From Raillietiella orientalis (lineage: Eukaryota), in assembly GCA_036172245.1 (NCBI GenBank), contig JAYWIR010000003.1, positions 1 through 64,000 on the forward strand: a DNA stretch of 64,000 nucleotides, written 5' to 3'. A model generated the notes under the pieces. It saw only the letters and a program-made list of their open reading frames with translations, had not been told where the DNA came from and ran no database searches. Shown here piece after piece: positions 32,588 to 47,500 of the stretch. Position numbers and translations under genes: made by a program. Position 1 is the stretch's first letter. Each line of letters begins with the position of its first letter.

Positions 32588-35500
32588 ATGAGTAAGAGTC
32601 GAAGACCGGAATACCAGGCACCTCCTGACATGGTAATATGCTTTATGCTCTCCCAAAAGAGACTCCCTGTTCTTAGGAGTCAAATTTTGCAAATTTTATC
32701 GTCATGCTGTGATTTCAATCCATTATCCTTCGCGCGGAGCTTGCATAGTTATCCTTTTTTGTAAATGAATGTATCTAAAGTCGGAGGATCCATAAACAGA
32801 AGTGTAATTTGATGGGTGTGAGCCTTGTTCCCTCTGAGTATGTTTGCTTATCTCAATGTTTCTTATGAATTTCAATTAAAATAATTGCAAGTTTCCCACA
32901 CCGTCTTATGTAATGTATGATTCAAATCCCATTGCCATATTGAAAACTCTGTTGAATATGGGTTCTCAAGTTTAAAAAAAGTGTTAAAATTTGATAGGAC
33001 GAAAAGTGATGCATGATACAATTCAAAAGGTTCCATTAGAGTTCTGAACTTTCAACCTGATGTCCATAGTCCACGCATTTCAAGTCATTTTGTAAATGAG
33101 TGTTGATGCGAACTGCAAATTAATTAATTTACTTTTTAATGGCGTCTTTTTCTTATGGTAATAATAATATAGTATTTACTATATTATTATAAACTTTTGT
33201 AATTAAAATATTACAAAAAGATTGCAAGATATTATGTATTAATCATTGATCTGGTAATTCTTTACGGTTGCTATCGAATGCATCGTGGTTGCAGTTTTTG
33301 CTAACTTGTAACTGACTGCTTGTTTTGTACTATTTTTACTTGGAGCATTAAATACAAGTTGGTATGTGTTTTAGTTTTACAGTGAAGAAGAAGCCTTGAA
33401 GTATACAAAAAAGTAAGTTTTTATAAATAGTAGCAAATAACTTCCAACAGTTTAATATAACTCTCTGTTTTCATATTTTTTGTCATAACTTCTCCCGTTA
33501 TTAATCACTGAGGTATGGTGAAATCTTAAATTATTTTGCAAATGTGTAGCATTATCATACTAATATGGTATTTATTTGTAATGTTGATTTCTAAGTAAAG
33601 GTGAAACATTAGGATTCCTTTCGATGATCCAAAAATTTCCCTTAAAGAGTCTCCTGTTATAATCTTTCCTTGTTTTTCATTTGTGTACTTCATTTTGAGA
33701 TCTTGTTTCTGTTCTTTATAGTGCTTATTTCATTTTTTCCTTAAAAAGTTTTTTTGGGGATAGATAATCATTTAAAAAAGGGCTTCTAGTATTTGAATCC
33801 ATGGTTCCAGCAGTATTGATAATGTAACAGATTGTAGTTATGCAAAAAATTCAAGTGCTTTGGAATTGTGAATTCGAATTCAGGAATATAAGAACTGCAC
33901 TTGTGAAATATAGCTAGCACTCTAGTATTTTTTGATTTACTTATTCTATCTTGCAAATATACCCAAAAATGGTTTACTCTAGGTCTGCCCTTACTAAACA
34001 TCAAGTTGTAATTTGAATATATCGAACTGTATGATCATGGTGGCAGCTGCTATATTGCTATTTGTTGCCAATTTTGTAGGAACAAGTTTCAGGAAAGATT
34101 TGTTTATAATTTGTAAAATATCCATCTTATTTTAATGGTTGATAAGAACATGTGTTGAAATTGGTTTTCCTTTGTAAGAAAACAGAATTTTTTGTTTCCA
34201 TTATACTGCAAAGGAAATTTTTGTTACATAGAAGGATTTTCAGTAGACATGTTGCAGAGAACATGAAACTACACTTCATAAATTCTTGAAGCATCTAAAG
34301 TGATATGGATAATCAATGTCATCATCAGTAATAGTGCAGTTTTTTTTATGGTTATTATCGTACAGTTTAACAATCATTTCAATACTGTCGATATGTAATA
34401 AATAATGTAGTTGATGAGAATTCTTATCTATTGTATTCGTTTTTATGGTTGCATATAATTTGTACTTCAAGATTTTAATCAGAAATGCTTATTGACTGAC
34501 TACATTAACAGTTGAACTGAACATTATGTGTTTGCATGTGTGTCGCTCAAATACAGTAAAATTCTTGTTGCATTCTTAAAACTAGCGAGGTAAATATAAG
34601 TATGAATAAGATTGTTTCATTTTCAAAGGCTTATAAAATCCTGTAATCGCATTTTGTTTCACAGTATCATTTTCTTTGTTAAAATTACCTAAGATATAAG
34701 TTTCTATGCATGCATTGATAGTTTATTTTTGTTAAAAAAAAAAATGATCATTTTAGTTCTCGAATAATTGATATACAAATATCTTTGTCTGAACGTGCTA
34801 TAGAGCTGTTGGCTTTACCTGATGAACACTCTTGTTTAATATTGGATCTGGGTTGTGGATCTGGATTATCTGGTGATACTTTATTTGAGCATGGACACTT
34901 TTGGGTAGGAATGGACATCTCACAAGCCATGCTGAGTATGTCTAATTTTATTTTGATTAGTAAAATTGAAATTTTGTGCAGAAGTGGCTAAAGACAGAGA
35001 AGTGGATGGAGATTTATTGCTCTCTGATTTAGGAGATGGTGTTCCCTTTCGTGCAGGTGCATTTGATGGTGCTATTAGCATATCTGCATTGCAGTGGCTT
35101 TGCAATGCCGATAAGTTTTCACACAATCCTGTCAAAAGACTGTATAAATTTTTTAGCAGTCTTTATGCTTCTTTGGTAAGCTACTTTTCATTTTGCATGA
35201 AACACTGATTCCCTTAGGCAAGAGGAAGCAGAGCTGTGTTACAATTTTATCCTGAGAATTCAGAACAGGTTGAACTGATTACTCAGCAGGCTATGAGGGC
35301 CGGTTTTGGTGGTGGCCTGGTCATCGATTATCCTAATTCCGCTAAAGCAAAAAAAGTTTTTCTTGTGCTTCTGACAGGTGGACCTGAGGAGCTTCCCAAA
35401 GCTCTTGGAAGTGAAACCACCACCTCCAATATTAAGAAAATGAAATCGAAAAGGTAGTTTTATTTTTGTTTGAATTAATTAATAATTATACATTGCTAGA

Positions 35501-35647
35501 GAAAAAATGAGAACTGCGAGAAATAAACCTTTAAAGAAGAGTAGAGAGTGGATTTTGGAAAAAAAAGAGCGGAGAAGAAGACAGGGTAAGGAAGTAAGAC
35601 CTGACTCACAGTACACTGGAAGAAGAAGAAGTGGCAAATTTTGGTGA
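32588..35647 (+). CDS. BUD23: 18S rRNA guanine-N7 methyltransferase (BUD23/WBSCR22), 6 exons, 279 aa
   Basis: Exons 32588-32632, 33375-33412, 34757-34935, 34982-35175, 35218-35453, 35500-35647; GT-AG and phase-consistent. [12 protein letters not shown] motif [40 protein letters not shown]. Confidence 0.95.
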
Positions 35648-38600
35648 TGAAGTCATGTTGTGTATAGTAAAGACATTGGTACACTGGATTCAGGAAGTGC
35701 TATTTTCATTTAAATGGTTTATATAATGACTTGTTTTGCCGCATGCTCTTGAGTTTTCGAAAAAACTGATGATTTTTGATACCGTAGATTTGCCATGTTT
35801 AAAGCATTTGTTCAAAGGTGTTGCTCGTGTTCTTTTTTACAAAGCAAAATTTGCTTTGCTCCCATTTGTAATTGGCTGAATTTATTTTTCGGTATATGCT
35901 GATTAGGATTCTGCGTGGTTTGAGACTATTTGGTGTAAACAGATTTTACACTCAGGATGAATACCGTACACAGCTTTCCTAGGAAAGTTCGTTCTCTCGA
36001 AAACAAACGCCTGCCTGTCCAAGACATGAAAACCTCACTAGAGGTTTCATCTTGGGTCTTCGTCAAAATTAAAGAAAATTTCCCAGTTAATCTCGTTTCG
36101 GGGAGGCGAGGGAAAGTGCCAGAAAAGCCTTTTGTATGCCTTAAGCTTTGCACTACGAAAACGCAGTTGGATGTTGCTCGAAATGGGGGACTGTCCACCT
36201 GAAACTGAAACTGTATATAGTTGTCGCTTTTGATTCAGTGTGTGGGTGCACCTGCAGCACAAACAGAACCTCTGGATGTGATGAAGTTGATACAGCGCTC
36301 TGGTCAACACAATCCTTCCAGGACATGATGAGATAGAGGGCAGCTGGCACTAGATGACCGTACAGAATCGGGCAAGAGGTGCCTCTCTGCCTTTCCACTT
36401 GACAGTGCAAATTCCCAAGTTCCGATCTCCCCTTTGCTTTCAGAAGGGTAGAGGACTAACGTGTTCTCCGTTGATGGGATGGCAGAATGGCACGCCTTCG
36501 GCAGAATTTTTGTTTTCAACGGGAATGATTTCCCGCGGCGACGTAAACCAGGTAGCTGTAAAAGGCAGGGGAAAATCTGTTTTCGGCAGTTCCCGTTGCC
36601 TGGGAAACACGCTTTCCGAATAGCCATTGGGAAAGAGTGTCTGTCCGCTCATCGTCCCATCCAGAAGTCTCTCTCTTACTCGCAGCTGCCCGTGGCACGA
36701 TGGGGAGTCACAGCTTGTGCTTTTGCGCATCCGGGGGAGCAGCTATTCCCAGATACTCATGAAATAGTGGGGAAAAAACTTACCTGGATAAATAAGGGAT
36801 GCCAAGCTGCTTGGGAAGGAGCCTTTTTGTGGGCTGTTCCGGCCTTATGCAGAAAACTGATCGTGGTAACGCACAGACTCTTAGTTCAAGGATAAAGGAC
36901 TGGTCCATCAGAGGAACTCCCGCTACTCCCGTCATCTCAGCAGAAGAGAATAAGCATCAGAAGGGGAAACTGGGTCTCCCTCGAGTACAGTGGGACTCTT
37001 TCAGGTGTCCTCACTTTCGCCTCTGCCATGACGCGAGCGTGTTTACACGAGGTTCATGTTCGCGACTTCATCACGTCGCTGCGTTTCCGCGGTGTTCCGG
37101 ACTCGGGCTGACTCTTGAGTGCGCCTGTTCCTTCCTCCGCAATGTTCGCCGCTCACCCGGGGGTCGTAAGAGCCGCATGCGCTGCTGTGTTGCTTGCGCC
37201 GACGGGAACCGGAAATGGTGCGGACGCAGAGACGAATTCCGTGACACCCACCTCCCAATTCCGGACGCGACGGCGTCTCCCGCCGGGAACGGTGCGCCTC
37301 CTGTCATTCACGACCATGCCTCGCTCGCCTGCCAGCACTCACATGCTGGATTTTGGTCAGAAACACTCTTGAAGGTTCAACACCCGGTTGCTCGGCTGCT
37401 AACCCGGCTCGGAAGGGCGAGGTCGCGTGGAGGCGCCTGAAAACTTCTCGCCCCCTAAAAGACGCAAGGTTCTCCCGTGTCTGCAGCCCACCGCCCCTTT
37501 TTACCCGCAAACTCGCCAACGACGCTCTCCAGCGGAGCGTCCGCGAGGCTATGCACCCCTGTCTGGCGGCCTCTGCAAAAGTGCTCCGGTCCCTCGGTGC
37601 CATGCTCTCGAGTTGAGGAAGAGAGGCGGAATAAACAGTCCTTCCAGGCGCCTTCGAGAGAAGGTCGAGGAAAAAGGAAAAGATGCTCTCCGGCGAGCTC
37701 GGATCATTTGCTGTTTGCACCCGATGACTCAGACGTCTGCTGCTCAAAATCATCGTTCATGTAAACATTCCGATGGCAAAGTGACCTGAAAGTGAATGAA
37801 TGTAGTGGAACTCCAGGTCCCACTATACTAGAAGGACACCTGGGGGAGATTTTGGAAACCAGCAGACTGCACAGCGAGGTTTCCTTGAGGAAAGGTGGGG
37901 AGAGGAAAGGAGAAAGAATGAATAAAAATCCATATGCGTTGGAAGGATCTTGGGTGGGGATGACAACTAGTCCTTGGGAGTTCACACATCCTGTGGGGGA
38001 TTCTCACAATCTCCTTTTGCCGATCCCAGAGTTAAGCAATAGCGTGCCATCCCTCAAGAAAGAAACTCACGATCGGGATGACGTCATCACCGTCTCGTCC
38101 TTTTCCGGGGGCGTTGCATGCCGCCACTATGAAGTGTGGACAGTAGAGAATCTCACGGATGCAATACCCTCGGCATCGCATCCGTGGAGTTGTGAATAGG
38201 AGTGACGTCACAAAACCTTTTCACACGTGCCGGGGGCAGCACAGTCCAGTTAGAGGTGCGGGGAGGATTCGGCTCCCCTTTACCCGGCATGGTTCGTCGC
38301 CAGATTTCCTCTCGTGCAATGGATCGTGGATTCCTTGCGCAGGCAGGCAGGAAGCGCACGAAGACCGCACGCCAATGGCCTCCTCGCAGATGAGGGATGG
38401 GATGAGATGACCTCACCTGCAGAGAATAGCAAATGCTACAGAAGACGACGAGGTGGGTCTAACTGAAAACTTCCTTCCCTTATTTATTTATTGCCCGTTC
38501 CCCTTAACGCTTCCGCGCTTTCTTGTTTCGCCGACCTGTGAGTCAGGGGTGCACTTTCCCGCTTCGAACCCTCAGCATTCTCGCAAGGCTGGTTCCCTAC

Positions 38601-40407
38601 TCTGCTTATCCCTCTATTCATTAGGGGAAGGAAGCGGACGGTCTGCTGTGGCCCCGGGTCATCGTGGTGCCGGCGAGCGCTGAGCGGGATTACCCAATGC
38701 AACAGCAACATCGTTTAGTGTTGCCACCTCGCAGGGATCCCCAGGTCTTCCGAGGAAATTGCAAGATCTACCCAGAGGAGCGTCCTTCCTTCGCACGGGG
38801 TTGCGGCGTCGGCCATATTGTTCCCAAGGCAATTGCGCCGACCACCCGCCGAGGGGCTTCCTTGTCCTTGCGATTCCGTAGGTCAGTTCCCACCCTGCCA
38901 TTATCCTCCCGTAGGGAAAGAGAGGCCCTGTGCGCATCTCCCACCCACCCCAGGCTTCAGCGGCTGCCACCAACCGTTTGCCAGCTTCGCTCGACGGCAA
39001 TGCCCTGAAATTACGCACCACCTGCTTTGCGAAGAATGGGGTATTAACCCATTCCTGACATGATGATCGCGGCCCGCCGCTACCCTGTTTACTGTCCTTA
39101 TGCCTGAGAGGAAAGGGAGGGAGGGGAAACGGCCAAAAAAAAAACATCCTACAGATTTTCGAGCTTTTCACGACCCTCCTCGCTCATGCACTGCCACTCC
39201 CACGCAAAAGCTTGCCCACCTTGTCTACTTCGAGTAGCCCTATGAGCAGTCTCGAAGCAGTCTTGTGACCTGGTCTTTGATTAGTGCTACCTCCGTCCTC
39301 TTTGGACGTTCACGGCTAACGTGCACGTTCTCTGGCGAGTCTTCGATCTGGTGTGGTCGGCTCGCGCTACTTCTGCCCAGTCCTTGGCTAAAGGCCGCTT
39401 CTGAGAACCGGAAAGCGACACAGAAGGGAAGGCAACGCTGATGGGAGCAAATCCTGGAAGCTGGACCGATGAAGGTGAGAAAAAGACAGTTGCATCTCTT
39501 TCCTATGGCATGCCTCCAAGCACACAACGGGTCGCGCGCCTTTCGTTTCCGACCACCCCCGACGGCCACTCCAAGAAGCCATACCCCGGTAACACTCCAT
39601 AAAGTTCGCAGCCTCCTGTTGTTGGAGCAACCACCACCGTACGAGGCCACCGACACCTCCTGTCCTGCAGCGCCTCCATACAGACCTGGCACATCCTACA
39701 AACATGGGGGACGACACCACCATGCCCCAACCTTTCCCTCCCTCCCCGCAGGTGCCCGACCACGGCGCTCTTGCAAAAGACAAACGCAGATGGCGCTCGC
39801 CTGCCCGTCCCTGATTCCAGGACCACCGATGAATGGCTCACAAACGATCCTCCCCAGTCTCTTCTCAGGTGTATGTTCACTCGTGTAATAGACGACGCCG
39901 AGTGGAGAATTCGGTGGCGAAGGGTGCGAGTGGGGATGAGACAGCGGATCCGTGGTAGCGATGGACACATCTCGTTTTCGTCCACGCCTCTGCTGGAGCT
40001 GCGCAGCGCCCTTCGAGGGAACCTGCGCATCCGACTTCACTGGTCCGCACTGCCGTGTAGCCTCCGTGGTAGACACCCGTAGTTCCGGAGCTCATGTCGC
40101 TTCCTCGCGGCGCGCGCGCGCAAAGCCTCCTCTTCCCTCCCTCCCTCTCCCCCAGCAACTCTTCCGGAACAGCTTCGCTTCGGGACGGGACACGCTCTGC
40201 CACTGGATGAATGCAGAGGCGCTCTGCCGGAAGTCGCCTGGAGTGGTGAACGCGGAGGAGCTGTGGGAGACGCGGGTAGGGGCTCTTGAGTGGCAGCGGC
40301 TTCCCTGAGCAAAGAAGGGAAAAAGAAGGACATCTCGTGGTGTCTAACCGCATCGCGGACCTGTACGGTGACAAGGCCCTAGCTTGGGCGGGGGTGTGAG
40401 CACTGCT

Positions 40408-40535
40408 CTTCCTCCTCCTCCTACTGCCCTTCGTCCTTCTGTTTGTATTCTTTTCCTTCCTCCTCCCCTTCTCCTCCACCTTCTCCTTTCTTCCTCCTTT
40501 TCCTCCTCTTCCTTTTCTTCTTCCTTCCATCTCTG
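40408..40535. repeat. CCT/CTT-rich low-complexity tract
   Basis: Directly visible polypyrimidine trinucleotide runs. Confidence 0.8.
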
Positions 40536-42349
40536 CCCAAGAAGCTTGGGAAGGGAGCGTTATGCGCGCCGGAATCGAGGCGCAGAGTGAGCATAACCAT
40601 GGTGATCCAACGACGCGGTTCTCACCGTGGGCTCAAGGAGGGGGGCAGACCGCTCGTGAGAGGGAGGAGGGAGCACGGGGAAGCGTACGTGGAAAAGGGC
40701 TTCTCCTCCCCTTCAAGATTCGCGCAGCTCCTCAGCAGTGCTTCCTGGCAAGCTCCCCTCGGAGCCCCACATCTCTTCCTTCGGCCCCTCCTCTTCTCCT
40801 TCAAGAGTGGCTGCGTTTTTCTCAGCACCGACGACTTGGAAGACTCGGAAGGAGCCGAAGGAGGGGACTGCCCGAGAATCCCTGATCTCTCCCCATCCCC
40901 ATCCCTCTTTCGGAGTCTCGTCGTGACTCTCCAGAGGGACCGGATCCCTTCCTACTGCCCTCCCTTCCCCATATTCTTGCCTGTTCTTGGTCGGCGGAGG
41001 AAGGGATATGACAGGAAGGGGAGCAAAGCACCCGGCCTGCAGAATGGGGGACATTCGCTCCGGTCGCAAGGTGTATCCTAGCGGAAACACGATGGAGATT
41101 CGCGCGTGCGGGTCAAAGGTTGGCCACTGGCACCGAGAGGGGCGTGCCTTTGCCTTTGCGAAGCAGAGGGAGGGGAGGAGGGGATTCGTCTCGTTATGGC
41201 CTCCACCTCAAAGAGTGCGGGCGTTTCTATTGGCTTCGGCGCCCGACTCGGACACGGGTGTTCTGGGCCTCCTCCCCCTCCAGCTCCAGGGCGCAGAGGC
41301 GCCGGTCCCGGAAGTGCTGCAGTCCAGGACTCGCTGCCTGAGTCGCGAAGGCAGTTCTACCTTCTGGCCGCCAGATGGGAGTGGCGCGTCGGTCGTCTAT
41401 CCATCGAGAGAGGCTTCGAGAGGCCGGGGAGGAAACGACAGTCGAGGCGACGACGAAGGCGGCTCTCCGCAGCCCCGAGGGTGAACCCTTCCCGAGCCAC
41501 CAGGCTGTCTCGTGGCGAAGAACTCGCATACGGCAGAGAACTCGCGGCAGCTCCAGTTCCCAGGCGGACCGGCGTCTTTTCGCTCTTCACCTCCCCTCCC
41601 CCTCCCTCTCCGATCCACCTTTCTGCCGAAGTCTTCGTGCTGCTTGCCGAAACGACCTCCTTCCGGTTCGGACGAAGGGATTGAGGCGCCATCTTCCGGC
41701 GGACGTCCCAAGCGATGCTTCCAAGGAATGCCACAGAGGCAGAGGACCGTGGCCGTCCGGCACCCTCGCAAGACATCGTGAAAGACACCGGGATTCAAGG
41801 AGCTGCATCTTCCGAGGATTCGGCTTCTGCGGCGCAGTTCTTCACCAGCCACCTCCCGAGGACAGTTGCCGTCCAGCTTTCGTCTCTTCGTTCTGTCCGG
41901 CAGTCCTGGAGGCTCTCCATCCATTTTCAGATGAACAAGCAGCCACATCCAGGACCACCAGGACTTTGCTTCTCCTTTGCAGGAAGAGGTCAGGCGGGAC
42001 GTAGGGGGAACACACTGACGAACAGACATGCTGATCTCCGTCTTTCCGCCGTCGCATTCTCAAACCGCTTCCCAATGGCATCGTGCCGGAATGCGCATAG
42101 GCGGAGCACCCAGACAGTGATAGGAGAGGATGAGAATCAGGGCCTCGTTTCGTGTGTCACCTCGCCGACGACTCCGCGGTAGGTCCTTCGTGCTCCTTTG
42201 CTGAGCAGTCCGTACCTCACGGCGAGGATGAAGAGGTGACTCGACAATGGGATGGCTCCTCCTCCCTTCCTCCTAATAGCTTTTCCCTCTTCCTTCTTTT
42301 TGTCTTCCTTTTTCTTGCTTCTTTCCTTTTCTACTCCCTTCCTCCTCCA

Positions 42350-44560
42350 CCGAGTCTGGGGAAAACGGACGCCTTGAGTTCATTCACCTTTTTCCAGGTG
42401 GAAAGACCACTGATTCATGATCAGCTCGGTCTTGGTCAACGTATCCTTCTTCCTTGGATGGATATCGAAGAGCTCAGTACTAAACGGCATTCCAAGATAC
42501 TTACGGGCCTCTGGTAGGCCTATGGCCGATGGGTCTGACCTCCAAGGTATGGACCTCCAAGGGTCTATGCTGAATAATGAAGAGTGGAACATTCCCAGTG
42601 GTGGAAGGCGGACTCGATCTTGGGCGTAGTTCTTCGAGCATGAGCAGCCGAGCGTCCATGTCCTCCTCTGAGTCAAGCAAGGATGACCAAGTTAGTCAAT
42701 TGGCGCAAGGAGCGCGTCTTCCTTGACTCCCGTAGCAAAGACTCTGCCACGGCAACGAAGTGCTAACGCAGGATGGGGTCCTGCTTCACTCCACTGAACG
42801 GATTGAAACGCCTCATGATGGAGCTGCCCGGCTGGACATGGATCGCAGCGTCCGTATGAACGCCCTTGACCATAGAGGCCAAGCGAGATCCCACATTGCA
42901 TTCCTCAGGTGTGACCTGAAGCGATCGACGAGAGGATGAGCCAACTGCACAGGAGTGATTTGTGAAAATGATCCCCAGATCTCTCGACCTCCTCCTGACG
43001 GAGTCGTGCTTGGTCTGTAAAAAAAAAAAAAAAATCCATACTAACACTCCATGGAAGGGCCAGGATTTCTGCTGGGCAGCGTAACTTTCACTTTCCAACG
43101 ACCCAATACAGGAATCTCGAGGACGATTGTTCGTCAGGAGACAGAACTCCAGTCACCGGTGTCCCAGGGCGCCGGAGAGGAAGTCTCCGGAGTCAGGATG
43201 GCTTTTCGTACATCTCCACCCTTCAGGGACTTTTCTGTGCTGCAACTAGATGTTGAATGTAGCGATAAGGGTTTTCCGCCCCGAGATCAGACATTCTCCA
43301 TCCAGAGGAGGACATCCCTGCGGAGGAAAGCTCCATCAGCAGCGGGATGATGGAGCTTTCTTCGAGAGCTGGAGGAGTCATCTCCGTAAGAGAGAGGAGA
43401 TTTCTTGAAGGAGTCCTTGATTCTCCCTAGGAGGATATTCCTGAAGGGGGGGGGAGGGATAAGTGACTCTACTCCGGCGTGACTCTTCGCCCACGTGTTC
43501 GAAGAGCTCTGACCGAGACGCGAAATTCCTCTCGCATTCCTTGGTTCCAGCCTCGCATCGGACATGTGTTCCAGACGTTCGGCGGCTGGGAGGGCTGGTC
43601 CAGGGTTGATGCATGATGCCTAGGGGGTGTATTCGCAGGAGTCGTCCTTCGTCAGGAAAAAGGGAGGAAAGAGGATGGGCGCGACCGAGCGTCTGCATCA
43701 GTCATCTGTGCCTCCGTGCTGCACCAGCAGAAGCGCGGCAGCCCCCTAGTAGAAAGGAACCTGAGGCTTGCCGAGACACTCCCTCGTGATACATCCGCCA
43801 ATGGACTGGAAAGGAGAACCTCCGACGGTTAGCAAAGAGGTGCGGAAGGCGCCGGGCGATCGGACGCCACAGGAAATCTCGTGACTGCGCAGCAACAATG
43901 GAAGAGACGAGACAGAGGCTTCCGGTCATCATCACAAGAATGCTTAGACACTCCAACAAAGTAGACGTCGGTGGAGCCAACAATGAGACGCGGATACCGC
44001 AACAATGAGAGGCGGAACGGTAGTGAGCTCACGCGGCGATGGTGGATCAGGTGCGAAAGCAGGTGCCTCGGGGCGATGCCCTACGGGGACCCGATTTCCG
44101 GCGAGTTGTGGCTGCTCCTCCCCCAAGGACAAAGCGTGCGTGGAGAGGGAGCGTAGGGTGGAGGGAGAGATCCCGCGATCCGCGCTGTGCGGAACGCTCT
44201 TGTTCCCTGGAAAGTCTGCTTCGCGCCTTCCCTGCTGGGGTTGCGGCCTTCCGGACGAGGATGCGTGGGGTTGCTGCATTCCCATCTTCCCCGTCCAAGA
44301 GCATCCCTCCTGCCACCTCCCTTTTCCCCCGGATAGAGAATCTCCGACGGCACGGCGGCTCACGTGGCGGAACCGCGGGGCTGACTGCAATCGCCATCCT
44401 CCTCCCATGACCTCGGAAACTCTCGAGTGGTCGGAGCAGCTTCCGGGAAGAAGGGTCGTAGACCCTCGGACGCGATGGCCGAACCTGTGGGGAATGAGGG
44501 GTGGCTTCTTTGTAGTTGATGCTGTCGCTCTTCCGGGAGACGCCGCATAGCTTCACGGAG
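42350..44560 (-). mobile_element. Heavily decayed LINE ORF2 (APE + RT)
   Basis: Colinear relic motifs across frames: STDVYFV..PVASDR (SDH-like) at ~43860-43980, HWRM, LKGGDVRK at ~43210, SMVKGVHTDAAIHV...FSGVKQ at ~42780-42880, RKYLGMPF at ~42490. Boundaries approximate. Confidence 0.55.
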
Positions 44561-47500
44561 CTCCCCGTTCATCACCGGAGGGAAGAACCCTCTCACTGTG
44601 AAGGCGGCTGCTGCTGCTCCCCCCCACACCCTCGGACTCTTCTCCTTTCCGTCGACTGAGGCGAGGAGTCGAAGGACTCCCCCAGTGGGTCGCCTCCTGC
44701 TGGAGGGAGGAAATACCACGAGCTCCCTGCGGCTTTCCGGACTTCGTCCACGCCACCTCGCGGGGTTCCTGCAACTCACCCGCATCCCCACTCCTGGCCA
44801 CTCTCTAGGGAGACTCGAAAAAGGCGGGAAGCTCGCTGGAAGGCGCGCGCTGTCGCGCCTTCATGGATACGGACACGCGTTCACGAGGATGTGCGCCCAC
44901 ACGTGCTCCCAGACACGCGTGCGAATATGTTCGTCCTCATATGTACACATCTGAGCGACGGACGAATCCCGGAGCTGGTAAACGTGCGCACGGTTTGCAT
45001 GTACGCGCGGATATGTACACATGCTGTGTATACATGCGAACATGGAGACATGTGGGCCTCCGCGTGCCCCAGCAATGACCCACCTTAGTCTGTGCTGAAC
45101 TGCTGGCATGTCTCCATGGACCACCTTCCAATGCCCGGGGAGCGGGCGTGACCCACGACAGCTGCACTTCCCTACTGCAGTGAGCGGAGTTCCGAGGAGA
45201 GGGCGCTGACTTGAGGATCCCCCTCGTGTGCGTGCTCACGCAGTCTCCACGCGTGCAGGAATCGCGTGGATGCTTCGGACGGGCTCCTCGTCAGTGACCT
45301 CGGATCCGGCGCCTCCGCAGGCCAGGCAGAGCCGATCCCGCCCGAGTTCCGGGTCCGCTCTGGCACAGCTCACCCGAGAGAACCGAAGCTCCCACAGGGC
45401 AGGACTGGCGGACAGGAACCAGAGAGCCTCCCCGTCTTCCCGCCCAAGGCGACCATTCGGCGACCTTGCGCACGCCGGCTGCTCTGCGAGCTCTCGGAAA
45501 GCAAAAATGGCCGCAGTCGGGGTCACCGCACCTTCCCTGCGCCGGCGGCGGCGCTGCTGGCGCGGGACCTCGGCCCAAGCACGGACACTTGCGCGCAGAG
45601 GCCTCCCCTTCCGGGCCGCGGGCAGGTTCCGGCGCACGCCACGCGCGCTCATCCCGATTGGGACGCGGCCCCCGGCGTCTCCGCGAGCCACGCAGCTCGC
45701 CACGGTCTGCGGGCGGCGCCGGTCGTGGCGAAGGGAGCGGCCAGCGCGCGCGATACACGTCAGCGCAACGCTTCGTTGCGGTGTCATTCGCGAGGTCCAT
45801 TGTCCACGGGGGCTCGCGAGAGTGGACGCCGTGGACACCATTCCTGGTGCGCGCTCGGCCCCACCACATGGACCTCAGTGTCGCGCGGTCGCCAGCGGAG
45901 GGAGCCGTCGGCGCGCCAATCTCGCCACCCCGGTAGTCGGGGCAGAGGTAGTCCGGTGTTCTGGGAGGACGTACAGGATTCCCTACTGGAAAGGGGGAGG
46001 AGCGGCGGGGGCAGCCGCTCTCCCGAGCGCGTTCTCCGTGCTTTGTCGGAGTGGCGTTCATGCCGCGTCTAGGAAGGCTCCAGGGCTGTGCATGATAGGT
46101 GAGGGATGGGGAGGGAAGCCACCGCCCCTGAGCCTACCGCTGACCCCTATGACTCTCGCCCCCCACACACACATCCTGCCTAGTGGCTCTTCCAGCTTCC
46201 CTTTTAGAGAGAGAACGGCGCCACACCAACGGTCGCTTCCCGAGGAGGCGACTGCTGGTGGCCCTGCGTGGGCGAAGACGCGGGGCGGACGGGAGCCTTC
46301 TGGATTGATCCAAAAAGGGATAATACCCCCAGCGGATTGCTCTTCCTCACCCTTTCCTCTCCTTCTTGATCGAAGGGTTCGGCAAAAAGCCTGCCGGATC
46401 GCGATCGAGTCCGTTTTCCCTGGCAACCCCTCCTCTTCCTTACTGTTCTTCCGACCGGCGCTCAGCCAACAGCAGTGCGATCAGTCCGGGCCGAGGTCCT
46501 CGCGCGATGACCCCTAAAGCGGGAGCTGCTGATCTTCTGGGAAAGATGGAGGGAGGGACAAAGCGTGAGAAGGGCAGCCGACACGGGAGGATGGGGTCCC
46601 ATCTCCCGGTTCTCCATCCTCCCTCATTCAGCCCTCGCGGCTCCCTGAAAAAGCGCTGGCGTCCGTCCTTCGCCTCGGGTTGTGCCCGGCTGCTCGAGAG
46701 GGTCCGGAACCGGGTCACCCTCCTCTGGACGAGGACAAGTAGCTGCCGCTGCTCCCTCCCCATCGCGGCTGGTGCTTTCCTGAGACCTTGGAGCGCAATC
46801 CCTCCGGGGCTGCGTTGCCGACGAGGTTGCTTCCTTGGGTCTGGCCCGATCTCGCATGCGAGCTCGTGGCGACACGTTGTCACGAGCAGGGCGCATCCCG
46901 CTGGCTTCGTCCAGACGGGAGGTTGCGGTACTCCCTGGGTTCCTCTCTCGCGTGCACTCCTGGTGCCGAAGTGGGACTTTCCCAACTCTGCTGCCGCCGC
47001 CCGCCCCTGAGGCGGCGGGTGTTCCGCTCCATTCCGTGCGCCGCCAGCTCGGAGGACGGACAGTCGAACCGCGGCCAGCGCCGGGCTGAGGTGGTGCTGC
47101 GACGCCTTCCTTCTGAGGGCGCTTGGTGCCCCCTCACGTCTTTCGCGGGACGACTCCCGGGGGAGTCCTTCGGTCCTCCAGGACGCTGCCTCCTCCTCCA
47201 GAGTCCTCTGCAGGAGAGAGAGCTCAGCTGGGGGGGAAGGTCTTCCCTGCCACCATCGGCAGCCGCGGACTGGGCGGATCAATCCGCCCAGTCCTCGCGA
47301 ACCCCTGGCATCTCTGACCCTTCCTCCCTTCCAGCAGTAAGGGGCTTCTCTTTCCCCTCCTTCTTTCCTTGCGAACTCTCCCGAAAAACCGGTAGCGGCC
47401 TTTCAGCTCGTCTCCCACAGCCCCCCCCCCCCGCGGCAGTGGGTGGCGTTGGGCGAGGGCGCCCTGCGGCGGTCGTCATCGCACGAAGAGTCGCGCGCCG

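Noticed and set aside
44860..45060. Alternating purine-pyrimidine stretch as a structured RNA
   Set aside because: Looks like a decayed CA/TG/TA microsatellite; self-complementarity is inherent to that composition.
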